NCBI GenBank assembly: GCA_050747745.1
Contig: JBOGKM010000040.1
Location: forward strand, 7,978-71,977
Direction: 5' to 3'
DNA: 64,000 nt
Source: Terriglobales bacterium
GTDB lineage: Bacteria > Acidobacteriota > Terriglobia > Terriglobales > SCQP01
The translations under genes were made by a program, and so were the position numbers. This document shows, piece by piece, positions 47,453-57,387 of this stretch. The notes beneath the pieces were generated by a model. That model made no database searches. It worked only from the letters and a program-made list of their open reading frames with translations, and had not been told where the DNA came from. Position 1 is the stretch's first letter; every line of letters begins with the position of its first letter.

Positions 47453-48778
47453 CTACGCGGACTCCTGGCGCGGCGCCGGGCGCCACAGGAAGGTTACGCA
47501 GGATGCGGCCAGCAGAATTACTTCCGGATCGATCGCCAGCCGATAGCGTGGAATCGCCTCGGTGAGGTAATAGGCGCAGGGGATCAGCAGTGGAAAGGCC
47601 GCCACAATCCACACGCCTGGCCGCCGCCTGTGCCACAACCACAACCAGCCTGCCAGCGCACCCAGGCCGCTGAGGAGATCGGCGAGCAGAACATAGCGAT
47701 CCATCCCACTGAGCCGCCGCCGCTGCCACTGGCCGCGCGCCAGAACGCGCCATGGCCGCGGTGCTCCACCCGACCAGAACGCCCAAAAACGCAGCCAGGC
47801 GCGCTCGGCCGTGCGCCGCGAATGGGCGGCCATATATTCCACGGCCGCGCGAAATTTGGCGCGCATGTATGGGATTTCGCCCTGACGGAGAAACAGCGCT
47901 CGTTGCCCGGCATCGTCCAGCGGATGTTGCTGCCCGTGCCAGGGCACGCTTGCACCTGCATTATTACCCAGCCACAGCGCCAGCCCCAGGTCGCTGCGCA
48001 CCGGCACCCAGGCGTGCAGCGTCGCGCGATTGCGCAGCGTCCAGGGGAGCACGCACAGCGCCGCCGCCGCCAGTCCCAGCACGGCGGTGCGCCACTGCCG
48101 CGCCGCCAGGAAGAACAGCACCGGCAGCACTGCCGCGAACACCGGGTTGGTCAACAACGTCAAGCCCCACAATAAGCCGAAGAGAATCCAGGGCACGGCG
48201 TTTGCGCGCCGCGGATCGGCCGCGCGCAGGCGCAGCGTGGCCCACACCAGCGTCACACCCAGCAGCGCCGAAAGACAGCCGTTCCACATGCTCTGGTAGG
48301 TGAGAAGAATAGCATTGGGATACACGGCCCAGATGCAGCAGGCGATCAGTCCGGCGCGGTGGCCCGCGAGTGCGCGCGCGGCCGCATAAAGGGGCAAACA
48401 CACCAGCGTGGCGAAGAGGATGTTCAGGCCTACGGCGGCCACAAACGCGCCAAACGAATCGGGACCGAAGATGCGGAACACGCCCGCCAGCAGCGTGGGA
48501 TAGACGGGCGCCACCCACGCGGTCGGGCCGCTGGGCACGCGCAGGGGTGAACTGAAACCCTGGCCCGTGGCCAAAGCATAGGCTACGTTGCTGCTTTCAA
48601 AGGAAAACGGCGCCAGCGCCAGCGCGCGCTCGGCATGGTGGGCGATGAAGCTCCAAGCGAAGATCAGGCGCAGCGCCGCCGTTGCTGACAGCGCCGCCCA
48701 GAAGGCCGGCACCCGGTGCGCGCCCGGCCGCGGGTGGGTCCGCCGGTCTGGAGCGAGCCGCTCTCCTGCAACGCTCAT
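47453..48778 (-). CDS. Polytopic membrane glycosyltransferase, ArnT/PMT_2-like (GT-C fold)
   Basis: About 10 predicted TM segments. The first-loop pattern FESSNVAYALATGQGFSSP...VAPVYPTLLAGVF resembles COG1807-type enzymes. Family assignment is tentative. Confidence 0.65.
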   Translation of the reverse strand: MSVAGERLAPDRRTHPRPGAHRVPAFWAALSATAALRLIFAWSFIAHHAERALALAPFSFESSNVAYALATGQGFSSPLRVPSGPTAWVAPVYPTLLAGVFRIFGPDSFGAFVAAVGLNILFATLVCLPLYAAARALAGHRAGLIACCIWAVYPNAILLTYQSMWNGCLSALLGVTLVWATLRLRAADPRRANAVPWILFGLLWGLTLLTNPVFAAVLPVLFFLAARQWRTAVLGLAAAALCVLPWTLRNRATLHAWVPVRSDLGLALWLGNNAGASVPWHGQQHPLDDAGQRALFLRQGEIPYMRAKFRAAVEYMAAHSRRTAERAWLRFWAFWSGGAPRPWRVLARGQWQRRRLSGMDRYVLLADLLSGLGALAGWLWLWHRRRPGVWIVAAFPLLIPCAYYLTEAIPRYRLAIDPEVILLAASCVTFLWRPAPRQESA

Positions 48779-48799
48779 CCACCCATTTTGAACGGGATC

Positions 48800-49264
48800 C
48801 TAGGCAGCCGCGCGTCCGCTAGCGGGTTGTACGCCGGCGGCGGCTTCCCGCACCTCGACCGTGTGCGTGCCTGCGATGGCGCCGGCGGCCAGGCCTGCGA
48901 CCACGAAGCTGACCAGATCCACGATGATGAACTCGGCGGTGGCCACCACCCGCAACGGCAGCATCGCGGCCAGGGCCAGGTTAAAGGTCACGCTGGCGAG
49001 CAGCGTAAGCCACAGGCCGAAGCGCACGCCTTCGACCGCGCCGCGGCCGCGATAGCCCTGCAGAAAAACGTAGGAGTAGGCGAAGCCGCCGATGATAGCC
49101 ACCAGCACGAACAGCGCCAAGGCGACAGCGCCGGGCGCGGCTCGCCAGGGCATCAGCTCGCTGCTCTGCAGCGTTCCATTGATGAGCCAGTAGCCCAGGC
49201 CCTCCAGCACAAAGAGAATGACACTGACGGCGATCCAGATTTTCCCAAACGGCATCCCTTTCAT
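48800..49264 (-). CDS. Integral membrane hypothetical protein (4 TM)
   Basis: The internal ATG 49264 gives MKGMPFGKIWIAVSVILFVLEGLGYWLING..., which is hydrophobic throughout. Confidence 0.55.
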   Translation of the reverse strand: MKGMPFGKIWIAVSVILFVLEGLGYWLINGTLQSSELMPWRAAPGAVALALFVLVAIIGGFAYSYVFLQGYRGRGAVEGVRFGLWLTLLASVTFNLALAAMLPLRVVATAEFIIVDLVSFVVAGLAAGAIAGTHTVEVREAAAGVQPASGRAAA

Positions 49265-49357
49265 GGAAAATTTCCCCCCAGCCCTGGTAGGGCACGAGAC
49301 GACTGTATTGTGCTTCCAGCGGCGGCAACTTGCAAGCCTGGCGGAGGGTGCAGGATC

Positions 49358-50986
49358 ATGATGGAGGGAATGCATACCGCAGCCGTCATTCCGCCGAGGC
49401 GCGTGCAGACTCGCCGGGGTTTAGGTTCGTTTCTCCTGGGCCTGATCGCGGCGGGCCTGAGCGGCGCCGCCTTGGCGGCTCTGTTTCCCACCATCGGTTG
49501 GGATTGGATGGCGTGGTTTGCCCTCGTTCCGCTGTGGATCGTAGTCGCTCGCGCGGAAAGCGTCTGGCGGGCGCTGTGGCCGGGATACGTTGCCGGAGTA
49601 GTCTTTTTCGCCATCAGCTGCCCCTGGATCGCCACCACGGTGCATCATTACGGCGACCTCAGCCCGGCGATGGCCGGGGTGGTGTTTATCTGTTTTCTGC
49701 TGCTCATGGGCAGCTACCTGGCACTGTTCGCGCTGCTGGGCTATGCGGTAGGCAAGGGCATAGGGCACCGGCTCTGGCCGCTGCCGTTCGTCTGGGTTGC
49801 CGTCGAGCTGTTTCGGACCTACACGCCGATGGGCGGATTTCCATGGAATCTACTTGGCTACTCGCAGTATCAGCATGTCGGTTTCATGATGTCCACCACC
49901 ATCGCCGGCGTTTACGGCGCGAGCTTCATCATCGCGCTGGCCAACACGCTGATTGCCGCGCTAGCGCTGCGCTTCTGGGCAAGCAAGCCAAGGCGCGTGA
50001 GCTGGCCCACGCGCGGCGATGCGGCGCTGGCAGTTGCCCTGGCGATCATTTTGGGCTTTGCGACACTGCCGTACCATCCCCGCACCAGCCCCATTGATCC
50101 GCTGCGCGCGCGTTTGGTACAACCCAACACGCCTCTGGCCGCATCCTGGACCAGCGCCAGCCTGGAGCAGTTTTTACAGCATCAGTTGACGCTTTCCGAT
50201 CCGGCCGGATCGCCGCCGGTGAATCTCATTCTGTGGCCGGAACAGCCAGCGCCGCTCGAATACGCCATGCAGCCGGCCTTTCAGGCCATGACCGCCGAGA
50301 TGGTTTCACGCAGTCACGCCGCCTTCCTGTTTGACCAGGTCACCTACGGGCTGACCCCGTCGGGGACACTCGACCTGAACGCGCCCCACAACTCGGCGAT
50401 TCTGATCCGGCCCGATGGCACCACGGGCGAGCACTATAACAAAATCCACCTGGTGCCGTTCGGCGAGTACGTGCCGCTGCCGGGCTGGCTACAGCGCTTT
50501 TTGGGCGCCAGCAAGCTGGTGCAGAACGTGGGCAATTTTGTGCCCGGCCACCAGTTGACGCTATTTAACGTAGCCGGGCACCGCTTCTCGGCGTTGATCT
50601 GCTACGAATCCATTTTCCCGCAACTGGCGCGGCAGGAAACCAGGCGGGGGGCGGAATGGCTGGTGAACCTTTCCGACGACAGCTGGTACGGCCACTCCTC
50701 GGCGCAGGCGCAAGGATTAATGATGGCGCGCACGCGCGCAATCGAAAACCATCGCTGGCTGCTGCGCGATACCGACAACGGCCTGACCGCGGTGATCGGG
50801 CCCTACGGGCGGGTGATGCGGGAGTTGGCGCGTGCGCAATCCACCTCGATCGAGTCCGGGTTTCAGCCGCTGTCGCAGCTGACCTTCTACACCCGCCACG
50901 GCGACTGGCTCGCGTACGCGTGCTGCATCCTCGTAGCCCTGCTGGGTCTGGCAGCGCTGGTGCGCCGCTGGTTGCCGCACCGGTGA
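49358..50986 (+). CDS. lnt: Apolipoprotein N-acyltransferase
   Basis: N-terminal multi-TM region plus a C-terminal CN-hydrolase domain (LILWPEQPAP, ICYESIFP, WLVNLSDDSWYG). ATG 49358 follows GGAGGG; the upstream 214 codons of the track ORF are antisense artefact. Confidence 0.9.
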   Translation: MMEGMHTAAVIPPRRVQTRRGLGSFLLGLIAAGLSGAALAALFPTIGWDWMAWFALVPLWIVVARAESVWRALWPGYVAGVVFFAISCPWIATTVHHYGDLSPAMAGVVFICFLLLMGSYLALFALLGYAVGKGIGHRLWPLPFVWVAVELFRTYTPMGGFPWNLLGYSQYQHVGFMMSTTIAGVYGASFIIALANTLIAALALRFWASKPRRVSWPTRGDAALAVALAIILGFATLPYHPRTSPIDPLRARLVQPNTPLAASWTSASLEQFLQHQLTLSDPAGSPPVNLILWPEQPAPLEYAMQPAFQAMTAEMVSRSHAAFLFDQVTYGLTPSGTLDLNAPHNSAILIRPDGTTGEHYNKIHLVPFGEYVPLPGWLQRFLGASKLVQNVGNFVPGHQLTLFNVAGHRFSALICYESIFPQLARQETRRGAEWLVNLSDDSWYGHSSAQAQGLMMARTRAIENHRWLLRDTDNGLTAVIGPYGRVMRELARAQSTSIESGFQPLSQLTFYTRHGDWLAYACCILVALLGLAALVRRWLPHR

Positions 50987-50989
50987 AGG

Positions 50990-53900
50990 TTATCCGAGAG
51001 CTTCGACGACCAGTGCCGCCTGCTCCTGTTGATGGCGGCGGAGCGAGCCGGTGGCGGGGCTGGGACTTTCCTTGCGGCTCACGTGCGCCAGCGCGGCGGT
51101 AGCGGCCAGCAGCGCGCGCAGGCGCGGCTCGGCGAACGACCACGCGCCCTGGTTTTCCGGCTCTTCTTGTACCCAGCAGCAGTCGCTGAGCTGAGGATAG
51201 CGCGCCAACTCGCGGCCCAATGCCTCCGCCGGGAACGGATACAACTGTTCCACGCGGATGATGGCCGGCTCGCCGGCCTGCCTAGTTTTGCGCGCCTTGG
51301 TCAGGTCGTAATAAACCTTGCCCGAGCACAGCAGCGCACGGCGCGTCTGCGCCGGCGCGAGCGCGTCACCGATCACCGGCTGGAAGCTTCCGCTGGTGAA
51401 CTCGGCAAAGGGCGAGGCCACCTCGGGATGGCGCAGCAGGCTTTTGGGCGTGAGCAGCACCAGGGGGCGGCGGGGGCGCCGCAGGCCCTGATCGCGCAGC
51501 AGATGAAAATACTGCGACGCGGTGGTGCAGTTGGCGATGCGCCAGTTGTTTTCGGCCGAAAGCTGCAGGAAGCGCTCCAGCCGTGCGCTGGAATGCTCCG
51601 GACCCTGGCCTTCGAAGCCATGAGGCAGCAGCAGCGTGAGGCCGCTGGTGCGGGACCATTTGGTCTCTGACGAAGAGAGAAACTGGTCAATGATGACCTG
51701 TGCGCCGTTGGCGAAATCGCCGAACTGGGCCTCCCAGAGCACCATCGCCGTGGCATGCGACATGGCGTAGCCGAACTCGAAGCCCATGGCCGCTTCTTCC
51801 GACAGCAGGCTATCGTAGATCTCCACCGGCCGCTGCGCGGCATCGAGATGGGCCAGCGGAATGTAGAACGCCGCGGTTTCGAAATCGTACAGGAGGGCGT
51901 GGCGCTGGCTGAAGGTGCCACGCCCGGTGTCTTGGCCGCTCAGGCGGACGGGCACGCCTTCCAGCGCCAGCGAACCCAGCGCCAGCGCCTCGGCGAGAGA
52001 CCAATCCACCGCCCCGCGCGTGGCAATGGCCTGCGCCCGGCGGCTGATGAAATTTTTCAGTTTGGGATGGAGATGAAACCCGTCCGGCAGAGCCGTCAAG
52101 CGCTCGCCGATCTGCGCCAGCGTGGCCTCGGCCACGCCGGTTGCGGGGGCAAACGGCACGGCCTCGGGTTCCGGCACTGCCGGTGGCACCGGCTGCGCCG
52201 CCGCATCGCTGAGCGCCTGCCGCGTCGCCTGGCGCTCGCTGTCGGCCTCGGCTTCGCTCAGCTGCCCGGCGCGTACCAGCGCGGCAGCGTAAAGGACACG
52301 CACGGAGGGATGCTGATCAATATTGCGGTACATGACCGGCGAGGTCAGGCTGGGATCGTCGGCCTCATTGTGCCCGTGGCGCCGATAGCAGACCATATCC
52401 ACCACCACGTCTTTGCGGAACTCCCGCCGGAAGGCGTAGGCGAGCTCCATGGCCCGCACGACGGCTTCCGGATCGTCGCCGTTGACGTGGAAGATCGGCG
52501 CCTGGATGGTGCGCGCGATGTCGGTGCAATAGAGTGAGGAACGAGCACCTGCGGGGGCGGTGGTAAAGCCGATCTGGTTGTTGATGACGAAGTGCATCGT
52601 GCCGCCGGTACGATAACCGCCCAACTGCGACAGGTTCAACGTTTCCGCCACCACGCCTTCGCCCGCCATGGCCGCATCGCCGTGAATGAGGATCGGCAAC
52701 ACCTGCTGGCCGCGCTCGTCGCCGGAGCGCCCGCGCAGGTCCTGGCGCGCGCGCGCGCTGCCCTCGACCACAGGATCGACCTCTTCGAGGTGGCTGGGGT
52801 TGTTGATCATCTCCACCGGCAGGCGCACGCCCTCAGGCGTAAGGTGGGCGCCGCGCGCACCGAGATGGTATTTCACATCGCCCGAGCCGTCGACGCTTTC
52901 CGGGTCCTGATCCTCGAACTTGGAAAACATCTCGTTCATGCTCAGCCCGAGCACGTTGACCAGCACGTTCAACCGTCCGCGGTGCGCCATCCCGAGCACG
53001 ATTTCCTGCGCGCCATCGCGGCTGGCCAGATTCAGGAACGTGTCCAGCGCCGGAATCATCGCCTCGGCTCCCTCCAGGGAAAAGCGCTTGTGGCCGACGA
53101 AGCGCGCCTGCAGCAAGTGTTCGAGTTCCTCCGCCTGCGTGAGTTTGGCCAGTGCCCGCCGCTGCTGCCCGGCGCTCAGTCCGCGGCGAGCGGAAGGCGG
53201 TTCCATGTGCTCCTGTAGCCATTGCCGCTCTTCCGGGCGCTGCAGGTGCATGAACTCCAGCGTCAGCGTACCGCAGTAGGTGGCATGCAGCACCTGCAGA
53301 ATATCCGCCAAGCTGCAGGTCGGCCCGGCGTCGGGGCCGCGCCCGGCGAGCGGGCACAAAAACTGCTCTTGCATGTCGGCCGGTCCGAGGCCGTAGTGCT
53401 GGGGTTCTAACTCGGGATGCGGCTTGGTTTCCTGCATGCCCAATGGATCCACGTGGGCCAGCAGATGGCCGCGCACGCGGAAGTTATGCACCAGTTGAAA
53501 TACCGCCGCCTGCTTGCGCACCGTTTCCAGATCCGGTGCGCCAGGAGCGAAAAGCGCTGCCGGGGGCGCGGGTGCTCCGGCGCCCGCGATGGCGGGCGCC
53601 AGGCGCAGCAGGGGAGCCAGACTGATGCCCAGATCGGCGTAGATGCGCTGGTAGAAGCCGTCGGCACCGTTGAGCAGCGCGTCCACCCGCGCCAGAAAAG
53701 CGCCCGACTCGGCCCCCTGCACAATGCGATGATCGTAGGTACACGACAGCGTGAAAGATTTGCCCACACCCAGCACCCGCAGCGTGGATTCGGCAACATG
53801 TTCAAAACCTGCCGGCCATGCCACCACTCCGGCGGCGATGTTGGCCGCCTGTCCCGCTAACAGTCGCGGCACCGAAGCGCGCGTGCCCAGCGTGCCCGGG

Positions 53901-54586
53901 TTGGTCAGGCCGATGGTCGAGCCCTGCAGATCATCCGGCGAAATTTTGCCGCTGCGCGCCGCCTGGACGAGGCGTTCGCACTCGGCAGAGAAATCGGTAA
54001 AGTTGCGGCTCTCCGCCTGCTTCACCACAGGCACCAACAGCGAGCGCCCTCCGGCGCGCTCCACATCCACCGCCAGACCCAGGTTCACGTGTCCGCGTTC
54101 AATGCGGCTGGGCCGCCCGTCAGCGATCGTGTAGGCGCGATTCAGCGCTGGGAACGCCTCCAGTGCGCGCACCATGGCCCAGGCCAGCAGTGGCGTGATC
54201 GCCAGCTTTTTGCCCTGCGGCGCCAAGGTCTGGTTCATCTGACGGCGGTTCAGCTCGAGCAACTCGACCGCGATCGAGCGCTGCGATGTCGCCGTCGGGA
54301 CCGCAAGGCTGGCTTCCATGTTGGCGGCCAGCCGCTCCGCCGGCCCGCTAAGCGCGCTCACCGTGTCGCCAGGCAGCAGAGCCATCGGCGGCGCCGCAGC
54401 GGCGTGGGCGGCCGGAGCGGCGGCGTGTCCATTGCCGGCCAGGCGGTCAAAAATGCTGCGCCAGGCTTCCGGCACGGCTTGCGAGTTGGCCCGATACAAC
54501 CGCCAGAGTTCGCGCCCATAGCCTCCGTTGGCGCCCAAGGTTTCCAAATAAGTTTCGATCTGTGCGTCGGGTTCGCTGAGCGGCAT
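50990..54586 (-). CDS. sucA: 2-oxoglutarate dehydrogenase E1 component fused to an N-terminal E2-type acyltransferase catalytic domain (Kgd/OdhA architecture)
   Basis: Residues ~90-330 form a 2-oxoacid dehydrogenase acyltransferase catalytic domain ending in SCTYDHRIVQGAESGAFL. The remainder is E1o (GMAHRGRLNVL, HGDAAMAGEGVV, transketolase-like C-terminal part). No lipoyl domain was seen. Confidence 0.93.
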   Translation of the reverse strand: MPLSEPDAQIETYLETLGANGGYGRELWRLYRANSQAVPEAWRSIFDRLAGNGHAAAPAAHAAAAPPMALLPGDTVSALSGPAERLAANMEASLAVPTATSQRSIAVELLELNRRQMNQTLAPQGKKLAITPLLAWAMVRALEAFPALNRAYTIADGRPSRIERGHVNLGLAVDVERAGGRSLLVPVVKQAESRNFTDFSAECERLVQAARSGKISPDDLQGSTIGLTNPGTLGTRASVPRLLAGQAANIAAGVVAWPAGFEHVAESTLRVLGVGKSFTLSCTYDHRIVQGAESGAFLARVDALLNGADGFYQRIYADLGISLAPLLRLAPAIAGAGAPAPPAALFAPGAPDLETVRKQAAVFQLVHNFRVRGHLLAHVDPLGMQETKPHPELEPQHYGLGPADMQEQFLCPLAGRGPDAGPTCSLADILQVLHATYCGTLTLEFMHLQRPEERQWLQEHMEPPSARRGLSAGQQRRALAKLTQAEELEHLLQARFVGHKRFSLEGAEAMIPALDTFLNLASRDGAQEIVLGMAHRGRLNVLVNVLGLSMNEMFSKFEDQDPESVDGSGDVKYHLGARGAHLTPEGVRLPVEMINNPSHLEEVDPVVEGSARARQDLRGRSGDERGQQVLPILIHGDAAMAGEGVVAETLNLSQLGGYRTGGTMHFVINNQIGFTTAPAGARSSLYCTDIARTIQAPIFHVNGDDPEAVVRAMELAYAFRREFRKDVVVDMVCYRRHGHNEADDPSLTSPVMYRNIDQHPSVRVLYAAALVRAGQLSEAEADSERQATRQALSDAAAQPVPPAVPEPEAVPFAPATGVAEATLAQIGERLTALPDGFHLHPKLKNFISRRAQAIATRGAVDWSLAEALALGSLALEGVPVRLSGQDTGRGTFSQRHALLYDFETAAFYIPLAHLDAAQRPVEIYDSLLSEEAAMGFEFGYAMSHATAMVLWEAQFGDFANGAQVIIDQFLSSSETKWSRTSGLTLLLPHGFEGQGPEHSSARLERFLQLSAENNWRIANCTTASQYFHLLRDQGLRRPRRPLVLLTPKSLLRHPEVASPFAEFTSGSFQPVIGDALAPAQTRRALLCSGKVYYDLTKARKTRQAGEPAIIRVEQLYPFPAEALGRELARYPQLSDCCWVQEEPENQGAWSFAEPRLRALLAATAALAHVSRKESPSPATGSLRRHQQEQAALVVEALG

Positions 54587-54630
54587 AGTTGTTTCTCCTA
54601 AAATTATACCTGTCTGAATAGGAGATCTCT

Positions 54631-56082
54631 GTGACCGCTGATCCCGCCGATCTCGCGCTGAATGCCGCGGTGCGGCTGCAGCTCTGGCAGAAATTGGCCA
54701 CCGAAGTGGAGCGTTATCTGCGGCAGGTCGCCGCAGCGCCGGTGGCGCCCCCGCTGGATGCGGCCGCGCTGCGTGGCGAGCTGGCCCGCATTGGTTTTGG
54801 CGGCATGGAACCGGTGGAGGCGATGCAGTTTGCCGTCACGGGACTGTGGGCGCAGCAGGTGCATACGCCGCATCCGCGATATTTCGGTCTGTTCAATCCC
54901 GCGCCCACCACCATGGGCGTAATCGCCGATGCGTTGGTGGCGGCTTTCAATCCGCAGCTCGCCGCCTGGAGCCACGCGCCGTTCGCGGCCGAGGTGGAAG
55001 AGCATTTGCTACGCGAGGTGGCGGTCAAATTCGGCTACGAGCGCGCAAGCGCCGATGGTGTCTTCACCAGCGGCGGTGCCGAAGCCAACCACACCGCGCT
55101 GCTGTGCGCCCTCACCCACGCCTTTCCGGAATACGCCCGCGGCGGCGCCCGCGCGCTGCCGCAAGCGCCGGCCATTTATGTCTCCAGCCAGAGCCATCAC
55201 TCCATGTTGAAGGCGGCGCGGCTGTGCGGCCTGGGAACGGACGTAGTGCGCGTGCTGGAGGTCGATGCCGGGCTGCGCCTGCAGCCTGAGGCCGCAGCGG
55301 CCGCCCTCGGCCGCGACCGCTCAGTCGGACTGCGTCCGCTGCTGCTGGTTGCAACCGTGGGCACGACGAGCGCAGGCGTGGTGGATCCGGTGGGGGCACT
55401 GGCCGAGTTGGCGGCGCGTGAAGGTCTCTGGCTGCACGCCGATGCCGCCTGGGGCGGTCTGGCGGCGCTAGTGCCCGAGCTGCACCCGGTGATCGCCGGC
55501 ATCGAGCGCGCAGATTCCATCACCTTCGACGCCCACAAGTCGCTCTCGGTGCCGATGGCCGCGGGCATGCTGCTCACACGCCATCCTGAGATTCTCGAAC
55601 GCACGTTCCGCGTAGGCGAAAACTATATGCCCCGCGACGCCGCCGCCAGGGGTGATGCCGGCGTGGATCCTTTTGCGCACTCGATGCAGTGGTCGCGCCG
55701 CTTCATCGGGTTGAAGCTGTTTCTCTCGCTCGCCGTGGCCGGCTGGGGCGGCTACACCGCTGTGCTGCGCCATCAGCTGGCGATGGCCGAGCTGCTGCGA
55801 ACGGCCGCACCCGCGGCGGGCTGGCGTGTGGTCAACGACACGCCACTGCCTCTGGTCTGCCTGGCCGATGCCGCTGAGGGCGGCGACCGGCCCGAATATA
55901 TCGAAGCGATGGTGCGCGCGGCGGTCGCCTCCGGCGAAGTTTGGGTGTCGGCGGCTGCGCTGCCGCACCGCCGCGCCGCCATACGCTGCTGCATCACCAA
56001 CTACCGTACCCAGCCCGCCGATCTTCAGGCCCTGCTCGCCTGCCTCAACCGCGCCCGCAGCCACGCGGCCCTTACCAGGTAA
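54631..56082 (+). CDS. Pyridoxal phosphate-dependent group II decarboxylase
   Basis: GTG 54631 lies 6 nt after AGGAG. HPRYFGLFNP, SGGAEANHTAL, and the PLP-lysine context DAHKSLSVP. Confidence 0.85.
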   Translation: MTADPADLALNAAVRLQLWQKLATEVERYLRQVAAAPVAPPLDAAALRGELARIGFGGMEPVEAMQFAVTGLWAQQVHTPHPRYFGLFNPAPTTMGVIADALVAAFNPQLAAWSHAPFAAEVEEHLLREVAVKFGYERASADGVFTSGGAEANHTALLCALTHAFPEYARGGARALPQAPAIYVSSQSHHSMLKAARLCGLGTDVVRVLEVDAGLRLQPEAAAAALGRDRSVGLRPLLLVATVGTTSAGVVDPVGALAELAAREGLWLHADAAWGGLAALVPELHPVIAGIERADSITFDAHKSLSVPMAAGMLLTRHPEILERTFRVGENYMPRDAAARGDAGVDPFAHSMQWSRRFIGLKLFLSLAVAGWGGYTAVLRHQLAMAELLRTAAPAAGWRVVNDTPLPLVCLADAAEGGDRPEYIEAMVRAAVASGEVWVSAAALPHRRAAIRCCITNYRTQPADLQALLACLNRARSHAALTR

Positions 56083-56713
56083 GGATCAAGCCCACCGAAG
56101 GCTGCGAAACGTAGGTCCATTTATTGACCGCAAGCGCGGAGTTTTTGAAATCGGGAACTTTGAAGAACAATCCCTGGTATTCCGCCCGCGCGCCCAGATC
56201 GAAAATGTGGAAATCCACGCCCGCGCCCACATTCGCCGCTCCGCGTACCTGGTTGCGGAGCACCAATCCGGTGAAGTTGGCGCGCGGGCTGAAAATCAGC
56301 GCTCCGCCGCCGGCGAGGATAAAGGGTTGGAAAATGCCGCCGATGCGCGGTGTGGTGATCACCTCGTTGGCGACGGCTTCCTGCATATTGGCCGTAATGG
56401 AATAATTCAGCGCAGGCGTATTCGGGGCCGTAGCGGGCGTGATGTAACTCTGCCCGTTGCGGGTATAGCTGTATTCCACCTCGAGTGCCTCCCAGTGGTT
56501 CAGGTACAGACGATAGCCGACCAGCAGCCCGGCGGAATTCTTTGCCAGATGCGTAGTCGGCGCAGTCGCCACGGTCCCGGCCAAGCTGTTTGTACTCTTA
56601 GTGAAGACGCCGGTTACTTGAATTGAGAGCTCCGAGTGCTGCACGCCTTGCGCTCCGGCCGCAATGCCCAGGCCAGCGGCTATTATAATGGCTAATGTCG
56701 CACTACGATACAT
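56072..56713 (-). CDS. Outer-membrane beta-barrel protein (OmpW/OMP_b-brl-like)
   Basis: Signal peptide MYRSATLAIIIAAGLGIAAGAQG, alternating beta-strand pattern, and an aromatic C-terminus ...VGLILTW. Confidence 0.75.
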   Translation of the reverse strand: MYRSATLAIIIAAGLGIAAGAQGVQHSELSIQVTGVFTKSTNSLAGTVATAPTTHLAKNSAGLLVGYRLYLNHWEALEVEYSYTRNGQSYITPATAPNTPALNYSITANMQEAVANEVITTPRIGGIFQPFILAGGGALIFSPRANFTGLVLRNQVRGAANVGAGVDFHIFDLGARAEYQGLFFKVPDFKNSALAVNKWTYVSQPSVGLILTW

Positions 56714-56816
56714 TGATCAGACCTCCGTATGCTTAGTGCGATGCCCGATTCCACGCGGAAGAGGGCTCGGGTGGGAGGTCCGATTGAGCAGCGTGGAACG
56801 GAAGCGGCGGGCGGGG

Positions 56817-57250
<434 letters not shown>

Positions 57251-57387
57251 GATGGTGGGAGGGCGCGGAAGCATTTTGCGCCAGAAGCGGAGCGGCGGCC
57301 ACCAGTAGAACGACAGGCAGCGCGTGCCGGACTATGGGATCGAAGCTCCCTGAAGTTAGGGACGCTGCCGACCGGCTTGCCGTTACA

